Below, in pieces: positions 58,050 to 64,000 of a DNA stretch of 64,000 bases. This stretch comes from a virus (Duplodnaviria; Caudoviricetes): positions 1 through 64,000 of IMG/VR virus record IMGVR_UViG_3300029305_001452. One strand, given 5' to 3'. The notes under the pieces were generated by a model. It was not told the origin of the DNA, ran no database searches, and was given only the letters and a program-made list of their open reading frames with translations. How positions within the stretch are numbered: position 1 is the first letter of the stretch; each line of letters opens with the position of its first letter. A program made the translations under genes and the position numbers.

Positions 58050-58206
58050 AGTAACTTATAAGGAAATCGTAAAATACGAGTTTGAGATCGAGGCAAAATC
58101 TAAAGAGGATTTGGAAGAAAACATTTGGGAATATCTGAATAATCTATTCGATGGTCAAGATGGAGATTTAATTGATAGTTATGTAGAAGATATTGAGGAG
58201 GTGTAA
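58036..58206 (+). CDS. Small DpnD/PcfM-like protein
   Basis: MKKFKV...E......EIEA.S.ED; GGAGG RBS. Confidence 0.5.
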   Translation: MKKFKVTYKEIVKYEFEIEAKSKEDLEENIWEYLNNLFDGQDGDLIDSYVEDIEEV

Positions 58207-58208
58207 GT

Positions 58209-58400
58209 ATGAACGAAAAAGAAGTTGTTAAACAACTTAAGGATTTAATCGCAGAAAAGGAAGATTTATTAGAGGGAGATGAGTTGGACGAATTTTATAA
58301 AGACGATATAGAAATTCTAAAAAATGCACTCAAGCTTATTGAGGAGCTTTCTGTAGGTAGAGTGCAGTACAACAACACAAAATTAATGAAAGGAAAGTGA
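58209..58400 (+). CDS. Hypothetical protein
   Basis: GGAGG RBS. Confidence 0.55.
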   Translation: MNEKEVVKQLKDLIAEKEDLLEGDELDEFYKDDIEILKNALKLIEELSVGRVQYNNTKLMKGK

Positions 58401-58405
58401 TTTAT

Positions 58406-59089
58406 ATGTCAAAAAAGAACAACAAAGAGTTTAAAATGGATCGTCAAGAGTATATTGACTTCTTAGCTAATAAGACAAACGAAATTAGTATGTCAAACAA
58501 TAATAGTAAAACAGGAAAAGCGTGTTTGAATCTTGCATTTCCTCTATGTACATGTAGAGCAGATGCACCTTGTAAAAAAGATTGCTATGCCGGAAAGGGA
58601 TGTCAGCAAATGGCAAGGGTGCAAGGAGCATATTACAGAAATTTAAGACTGTATTATGAAGACCCAGATAATTTCTTTGAACAGATCTATTGCAAGATAA
58701 AGTTCTCTGGGCTTCCTAAGGTAAGATGGTTTGATAGTGGTGATATAGCCGATGCAGAGTTTTTTGATAGAATGATTGATTTGTGTAATAAAACTCCAAA
58801 TGTAAAGCATATGGCATTCACTAAAAAATATGATATTGTAAACGAATACATTGACAAAAATGGAGATTTGCCAGATAATCTTAATGTATTGTTCTCTGCA
58901 TGGGATAGACTTTGGGAAGTTCCTAATCCTCATGGGTTAGGTGTTGCATATATAGACTTCGATGATAAGAGATTAAATCCTGATTTTCCTAAAAATGCAT
59001 TTAGATGTCCTGGAAGAGAAAGTACTTGCTCAGCATGTAGTGTGTGTTGGTCTAAGAAGCTTAAGGCCGTTGTGTTTAATCAACATTAA
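58406..59089 (+). CDS. GP88-like Cys-rich (Fe-S) protein
   Basis: NSKTG, TC....PC...CYA, RWFDSGD, FTK, CP......CSAC..CW. Confidence 0.7.
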   Translation: MSKKNNKEFKMDRQEYIDFLANKTNEISMSNNNSKTGKACLNLAFPLCTCRADAPCKKDCYAGKGCQQMARVQGAYYRNLRLYYEDPDNFFEQIYCKIKFSGLPKVRWFDSGDIADAEFFDRMIDLCNKTPNVKHMAFTKKYDIVNEYIDKNGDLPDNLNVLFSAWDRLWEVPNPHGLGVAYIDFDDKRLNPDFPKNAFRCPGRESTCSACSVCWSKKLKAVVFNQH

Positions 59090-59121
59090 CAATACAAAAT
59101 TAATTTAAGGAGGTAAATAAT

Positions 59122-59352
59122 ATGGAAATTAGATTTGACTGTGAATGTTATGAAAGAACTTTGGTGATTACTGTCCCCACAAAATATATACATTTAGAAT
59201 CAGAAATCATGGAAGATTTGGACAGATATTATAACGAGTGGGTTTGTTTTGAAACGGAAGCAGCAGAAGAAATGTGCTTGGAAGAATACATGTTGAAGTG
59301 CTTTAGTGAAGAATACGACCTGTGGATTAAATGGGATGTGGAGGAGTGGTAA
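59122..59352 (+). CDS. Hypothetical acidic protein
   Basis: AAGGAGG RBS. Confidence 0.6.
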   Translation: MEIRFDCECYERTLVITVPTKYIHLESEIMEDLDRYYNEWVCFETEAAEEMCLEEYMLKCFSEEYDLWIKWDVEEW

Positions 59353-59353
59353 T

Positions 59354-59560
59354 ATGGAAAGAAAAGTTGTTAATTCAGAATTAAAAGAAATAATCGGAGA
59401 ATATGGTATTGTGCGAGTTAAAGAACAAACAGTTTGGGATAACGGAAAAGTGTTTGGTAGCACAGTTATGTATGATGTTTGTTTGGAACAAGGTGATGGA
59501 GATATCGTAGCAAGTTTTGATAAGCTGAGGGACGCTAAAAAGTGGGCAAAGGAGAATTAA
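59354..59560 (+). CDS. Hypothetical protein
   Basis: GGAGGAG RBS before MERKV. Confidence 0.6.
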   Translation: MERKVVNSELKEIIGEYGIVRVKEQTVWDNGKVFGSTVMYDVCLEQGDGDIVASFDKLRDAKKWAKEN

Positions 59561-59561
59561 G

Positions 59562-59939
59562 ATGAATTGGAAAGTATTTAAAAGAGACGATCCTAGCACA
59601 CATCCAGAAATTAATTGTCCTATGCTTTTATGTAAACACTACACAAGCACAATGACATTAGCGGTCCATTATTTCGACAAGGAACATAATAAATTTTACG
59701 AAAATGACGGTGGAAGTTCCAGATGGTATAAGGCTTATGATGAATGTTACTATTCTTATATCGGTTATATTCCTAATGGATATAAGGTTCATAAACTTAT
59801 TCGTTGTTTAAATGATGATAATTGTAAAATTGGATGTGCGGATGATGGTTATTGTATGTATAATTTCTGTGAGTGTGAACAACAAGTTGTGGTCAATGAG
59901 TATGAAATAGAAACTAAGCGTATTTGGGAAGAGTTTTGA
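59562..59939 (+). CDS. Hypothetical protein
   Basis: AAGGAG RBS. Confidence 0.6.
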   Translation: MNWKVFKRDDPSTHPEINCPMLLCKHYTSTMTLAVHYFDKEHNKFYENDGGSSRWYKAYDECYYSYIGYIPNGYKVHKLIRCLNDDNCKIGCADDGYCMYNFCECEQQVVVNEYEIETKRIWEEF

Positions 59940-59954
59940 AAGGAGTTAATAATT

Positions 59955-60479
59955 ATGAAAACAAAAATTGGTTATAAACTTTTTGAACAAGACACACAGG
60001 GGAATCTTTATCCCCTGTTCTTGGATAATAATACGATTTATCCTATTGGAGAATGGATTAAGGCAGAAATTCATTATTCTAATAAGTTTGCACCACGTCC
60101 AGGTCTTCATATTGGAGTAATTCCGGCAGCTCCATGGCTCATGTCTTATGGAGAAGACGGAAATGGATATTATAAAGGTAGACGAAAAGGATGGCGTCGT
60201 GTTTGGGCTGAAGTAGAATACAATTATACCGTTGATTATAATGAAGAGGTATCTAAGTTGCCCAAAAAGTGTTTTACAGACAGGGTTCCAGAAAACGGCT
60301 GGTATTTCTTTAAAGAGTTCGGAAAGGCAACCTGGATCATTACCGATAAAATTAAAATTAGAAGAGTAATTAGTGAAGAAGAAAGACAGGAGGTATTAAG
60401 ATGGGTACAATACGATGAAAAGAAAGAGTGGATTCCTTATAAGCATGCGCTCGAAAAACGCAAAGGAATTGCTGTGTAA
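59955..60479 (+). CDS. Conserved hypothetical phage protein
   Basis: GYKLF..LYPLF..GEW..AE..RPGLH...P.AP..RVWAEVE. Confidence 0.7.
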   Translation: MKTKIGYKLFEQDTQGNLYPLFLDNNTIYPIGEWIKAEIHYSNKFAPRPGLHIGVIPAAPWLMSYGEDGNGYYKGRRKGWRRVWAEVEYNYTVDYNEEVSKLPKKCFTDRVPENGWYFFKEFGKATWIITDKIKIRRVISEEERQEVLRWVQYDEKKEWIPYKHALEKRKGIAV

Positions 60480-60486
60480 AACATGG

Positions 60487-60515
60487 TTGACAACACAAAA
60501 TTAATATGATATAAT
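60487..60515 (+). promoter_or_regulatory. Consensus sigma-A promoter with the 16-bp phage motif in its spacer
   Basis: TTGACA-17 nt-TATAAT with TGn. Confidence 0.85.
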
Positions 60516-60540
60516 TCATCATGAAAAGGAGTAATGCAAT

Positions 60541-60780
60541 ATGAAGTTGTGTTTATATAACACTTATTCAGATAATGTAGTTGGATATTGTAGATATCAC
60601 AAGTGTTATTTGACAGTAAAGCAAATGAAAACAAAAAATTGTCTTGGAAAACAATGTTTGCATTTGCAGAAAAATGAGGCACATCAATATTGGCATCAAA
60701 GAGAGGTTTTAAAACAGAAGAAAAAGAAAAAGAAAATGGATCTCGAAAATTATGTAAACAATATCAAAGCACAATATTAA
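60541..60780 (+). CDS. Small basic Cys/His protein
   Basis: YC.YH...LT..Q.....CL.KQC.HL. Confidence 0.65.
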   Translation: MKLCLYNTYSDNVVGYCRYHKCYLTVKQMKTKNCLGKQCLHLQKNEAHQYWHQREVLKQKKKKKKMDLENYVNNIKAQY

Positions 60781-60799
60781 TATTAAGGAGGAATGCATT

Positions 60800-61216
60800 A
60801 TGCAAGAAATTTTAAAGAACATTCATAAAAATCCTGGTGTATTTCAGTATTTTAATGCAAACCCTGAGGGAAAAAATACTAACGATTGTGTGATTCGATC
60901 TATTTGTGGTGTTACTGGTAGAGAGTGGGATGATGTTGTACTAGATTTAACAATGTTTGGAATTAAGCATAAGCGTATGATTGACGATCCTGATTTATAT
61001 ACAAAATATTTGAAAGAAAATGGCTGGGTAAAGCACAAGCAACCTAAAAAGCCAGATGGAACAAAATACAAGGCTTATGAATGGGCACCATCGTTTAAGG
61101 GTAAGGCAATAGCACATGTTGGTACGCATCATATGGTGATGGTTAGTCACGGAAAAGTATGGGATACATGGTATTCACTTGATGGAGTTGTTGGTAATTA
61201 TTGGACAAAGAAGTGA
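60800..61216 (+). CDS. Putative papain/C39-like fold protein
   Basis: N.NP....DCVIR..H......G...DTW pattern (Cys-His-Asp). Confidence 0.5.
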   Translation: MQEILKNIHKNPGVFQYFNANPEGKNTNDCVIRSICGVTGREWDDVVLDLTMFGIKHKRMIDDPDLYTKYLKENGWVKHKQPKKPDGTKYKAYEWAPSFKGKAIAHVGTHHMVMVSHGKVWDTWYSLDGVVGNYWTKK

Positions 61217-61225
61217 GGTGTCGTT

Positions 61226-61654
61226 ATGTATAATATGTACATGAGTCAAAATACTAAGCTAAAGAGTTTTGTATATAATAAAAAGGTTTATCAATCTGGT
61301 ACAAACTTTATATATAATGGGAAATGTATTTTAGATAAAAAAGAAATATATTTGTCGAATGCAGTTGTTACTTATATGTATCATTGTGGTCAATATCAAT
61401 ATTTTAAGGACGATAATAATGTTTATGTATGTATATGGCAAGATTTCGAAAATAATATTGTACAAATTGTTACAGAAGAAAATAAAGCGCCTCCGGTAAA
61501 AGCAAAAGAAGAGTTTTATTGGACGGACAGTATGGTAGCTAAAACAATTTGGTATGTAATAATCATGTTGGTGGCAACGGTTTTTCACGCTAGAATTGGA
61601 ATTTGGATTCTTGCGACAGTTATTTGGTATTTCTCTACATTTAAGAATAAATAA
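61226..61654 (+). CDS. Membrane protein
   Basis: Two C-terminal hydrophobic helices. Confidence 0.65.
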   Translation: MYNMYMSQNTKLKSFVYNKKVYQSGTNFIYNGKCILDKKEIYLSNAVVTYMYHCGQYQYFKDDNNVYVCIWQDFENNIVQIVTEENKAPPVKAKEEFYWTDSMVAKTIWYVIIMLVATVFHARIGIWILATVIWYFSTFKNK

Positions 61655-61666
61655 GGAGGCAATATT

Positions 61667-62641
61667 ATGAACGGAAGACTTGAAAGAGAACTAAGAGCAG
61701 AAGAAAAAATGATGGCTAAATTAAACAGTCTGCCATCAATTTTTACAGAATTCTATAATACACTAGCCATAAATAAAACATATACCACATTAAATAATTA
61801 CATTAATCATAATATAGATTTTATGAACTATGTGACAAACAATAAGCCGAATAATAAGTTTTATAAAAATGTAAAAGCAGCAAAAATAAATGAGTATATG
61901 AGATCTATTCGTCGTAAAAATATAAACGGAACAACAGTAAGAATTGGTGATGATATCTGTGCTGCCAGATGGACATCTTTAAGGGCGTTTTTCCAGTTCT
62001 TAAAAGAGTTCGATTATGTTGAAGAAAATCCAATGGAAAAAACTAATAGACCTAAGATTAATACGGAGCATAAGGTAACATATTTAAAAAGAGAAGAAAT
62101 TAATATGGTTATCAATGAAATTAAAACAAATTCTACAGAATCTAAAAGAAGTAGAGATTTATGCTTGGTTTCTTTAGCTTTATCAACTGGATTGCGTGTG
62201 AGTGCGATAACTCAAATTAATATTGACGATATTGATTTCGTAAATCATACTATTAGTGTTGTAGAAAAAGGAAATAAGGTTAGAGCGATTAGTTTTGGTG
62301 ATAATTTGGCAGAACTAATCAAACAATGCATTGAGGATCGTGAAACGTATTTCCCTAATGCCGAAAGTAATGCCTTATTCTTATCACAATGGAAAAGACG
62401 TATGACTACACAGGCCGTTAGAGACTTAGTAGCTAAGTACACAAAGAATATCCATGGCAAACATATTACCCCACATAAGCTTCGTGCGTCTGCTGCAACT
62501 AATTTGGCTGCGTCTGGTGTGAGTATACAGGCGATCGCAAAAGTGTTGGGGCATGAAAACATCCAAACAACAAGAAGATATGTTGAAGTGCTTGACGAAG
62601 AGGCAGAAAAGGCAACTAATGTTCTTGATAATTTAATTTGA
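61667..62641 (+). CDS. Tyrosine recombinase/integrase (XerC-like)
   Basis: Full catalytic set: TGLRVS, EKG, HKLR, LGH, TRRY. Confidence 0.93.
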   Translation: MNGRLERELRAEEKMMAKLNSLPSIFTEFYNTLAINKTYTTLNNYINHNIDFMNYVTNNKPNNKFYKNVKAAKINEYMRSIRRKNINGTTVRIGDDICAARWTSLRAFFQFLKEFDYVEENPMEKTNRPKINTEHKVTYLKREEINMVINEIKTNSTESKRSRDLCLVSLALSTGLRVSAITQINIDDIDFVNHTISVVEKGNKVRAISFGDNLAELIKQCIEDRETYFPNAESNALFLSQWKRRMTTQAVRDLVAKYTKNIHGKHITPHKLRASAATNLAASGVSIQAIAKVLGHENIQTTRRYVEVLDEEAEKATNVLDNLI

Positions 62642-62658
62642 TTGTCAAAATTTGCACA

Positions 62659-62688
62659 TTGACAAACACATGTTTGTCATAATAAAAT
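62659..62688 (+). promoter_or_regulatory. Promoter with overlapping palindromic operator (SOS/Cheo-box-like)
   Basis: TTGACA at 62659 and TAAAAT at 62683; TGACAAACA-CA-TGTTTGTCA at 62660-62679. Confidence 0.65.
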
Positions 62689-62716
62689 AAAATTAACCCC
62701 ACAAGGAGTGGATATT

Positions 62717-63634
62717 ATGTATCAAAAAGAAAGAAAAGAGGAATTTATAAAAGACATAATGAGAAGTCGTGTAATCCAAAAAACTACACTATATGCTATA
62801 TTCAAAAAGACAGAACCATTTGAAGAAAAGTTTAAAAAAGATTGTTGTCAGTTTAACAAAGAAGAAGCTATGGAAATGTTTTACGGATTTAAATGTAAGA
62901 GCATCTATACACTTTTAAATAATAATACAATTATGAAAGCGTATAGTGCTTTTGCAGAATACTATCATGGAATTAAAGTGAAAAAAGTATATGAAAGTTT
63001 TACGATCTCCGATTTAAAACCATGTATAGCAGAAAGTAAAAACAAGTTAATCACAAGAGAGGATTTAGATGATATTAAAGCACAACTGCTAAATGTAGTA
63101 GATAGATGTATTGTCGAGTCTCTATGGGAAGGGATTTCAGGAACATCAATGAGAGATATTACTGGGCTTCAAGAGGGGCAGCTAGACAAAACGAGAAAAC
63201 AATTACATTTTGAAGATGGTCGTGTGCTAAACTTAACGGATGAGTTATATGAAGACTTGTTGGGTGCATTTAAACAAACTAAATATATTTGTTATGGAGA
63301 GACTCTAAGGGAAAAAACATTACTTGGGTATGGTCGCCTATATAAAGAAAGAGACAATGCGCTTGGTGAGCTTGATTCAGAAGATAGAAGATTTAGATGG
63401 ATATATAGAAAAATCCAAATATTTAGAGATCATGTCGGAATGCCGTGGTTAACAATGAAAATAATTCAAAATAGTGGATTTACGCACTATTTAAAAATTG
63501 GTATGGATAAAACAGGATTAGGGATAAAGGATTTCCTTAAGACAAAGGAAGGCAAAGAGTTAATGATCCGTTATGGATATACATCTCAATTCGCCGTAGA
63601 TAATGTAGTACACAAATATAAAGATTATGTATAG
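62717..63634 (+). CDS. MrpR/YopR-like repressor with degenerate tyrosine-recombinase fold
   Basis: MYQKERKEEF start, FE....KD...F, LWEGISG lacking the catalytic Arg, I..SG in place of HxxR; follows the recombinase as in SPbeta yopP..yopR. Confidence 0.65.
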   Translation: MYQKERKEEFIKDIMRSRVIQKTTLYAIFKKTEPFEEKFKKDCCQFNKEEAMEMFYGFKCKSIYTLLNNNTIMKAYSAFAEYYHGIKVKKVYESFTISDLKPCIAESKNKLITREDLDDIKAQLLNVVDRCIVESLWEGISGTSMRDITGLQEGQLDKTRKQLHFEDGRVLNLTDELYEDLLGAFKQTKYICYGETLREKTLLGYGRLYKERDNALGELDSEDRRFRWIYRKIQIFRDHVGMPWLTMKIIQNSGFTHYLKIGMDKTGLGIKDFLKTKEGKELMIRYGYTSQFAVDNVVHKYKDYV

Positions 63635-63695
63635 AATTGGAAGTTGTAGTTTTCTAATTAATTATGAGACATATTGGCATTTCGGAGGGTAACAA

Positions 63696-63962
63696 ATGAT
63701 AATTTCTGGTATTGAAAATTTTATAGAAGAGTTAAAAAAAATAAATGGTAAGCAAGTAAAAATAGATATTGCACATAAATTATATGGAAGTCAAAAAATT
63801 GAATATGGCCTTTGTATTCTTGAAGATGAAGGCCGTCTTGGCTTCACTATTAATGAACAGGAAATTTATTTGAATAAAAGGGACATCATAGACTATGGTA
63901 TGATAAAGGGTATGTATTTTTGGGCCGATAAATTGATGATGGTGGAAATACAAACAACTTAA
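63696..63962 (+). CDS. Hypothetical protein
   Basis: GGAGG RBS. Confidence 0.6.
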   Translation: MIISGIENFIEELKKINGKQVKIDIAHKLYGSQKIEYGLCILEDEGRLGFTINEQEIYLNKRDIIDYGMIKGMYFWADKLMMVEIQTT

Positions 63963-64000
63963 TGGTAGTGATCAGCTACGGGAAACGGGGTGCTAAATTA

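Larger units (their letters stand above)
1..64000. mobile_element. SPbeta-like large tailed phage/prophage genome segment (Bacillota host)
   Basis: Terminase-portal-protease-capsid-tail tube module, YonO-type RNAP, MrpR-like protein, dense small-ORF arrays; no host housekeeping operons or att boundary visible. Confidence 0.93.

Noticed and set aside
39070-62562. Minus-strand ORFs in the right arm (e.g. 39107..39577, 46496..46948, 53852..54325)
   Set aside because: Antisense to RBS-supported plus-strand genes
61654-62720. attP/attL site beside the tyrosine recombinase
   Set aside because: Both flanks are short and phage-like genes continue on either side; no host junction visible
63961-64000. 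Possible start of a tRNA or other ncRNA at the window edge
   Set aside because: Only 40 nt visible; no cloverleaf can be supported. No tRNA was recognised elsewhere

Overview
This 64 kb window is part of a large SPbeta-like tailed phage or prophage of a Bacillota host, probably clostridial (inferred from perfect sigma-A promoters and GGAGG RBSs). It has two divergent arms meeting in a strand-skewed non-coding region at about 38.4-39.1 kb. The left arm (minus strand) carries about 35 small accessory ORFs, a YonO-type single-subunit RNA polymerase, ClpP, PhoH, HU and a metallophosphoesterase. It continues with terminase, portal, prohead protease/scaffold, decoration protein, major capsid, head-tail proteins, tail tube and tail-fibre genes, in SPbeta yon/yom order. 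The right arm (plus strand) carries early or accessory genes: a radical SAM enzyme, two paralogous SWASCH-motif proteins, an M28 hydrolase and a GP88-like protein. It ends in an intact tyrosine recombinase and an MrpR-like recombinase-fold protein. Main findings from reading the DNA: (1) a group I intron with a GIY-YIG endonuclease splits the RNA polymerase gene (25124-26151); (2) an ORF-less group I intron splits the tail tube gene (6701-7061), beside a free-standing endonuclease with its own promoter and structured leader; (3) TAAAA-N6-TTTTA sites sit exactly between stop codons and the next RBS of small genes, either repressor operators or cassette recombination sites; (4) a 16-bp motif, ACARYACAAAATTAAT, occurs in at least 14 transcription-oriented copies and is a candidate phage-RNAP promoter or operator; (5) palindromic iteron-like repeats lie next to a wHTH gene; (6) conserved long hairpins follow the first early genes; (7) capsid-module genes show extreme CTA-Leu bias. 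All calls come from motif and synteny recognition by eye; no searches were run. Some CDS starts were moved from the ORF track to the RBS-supported codon.
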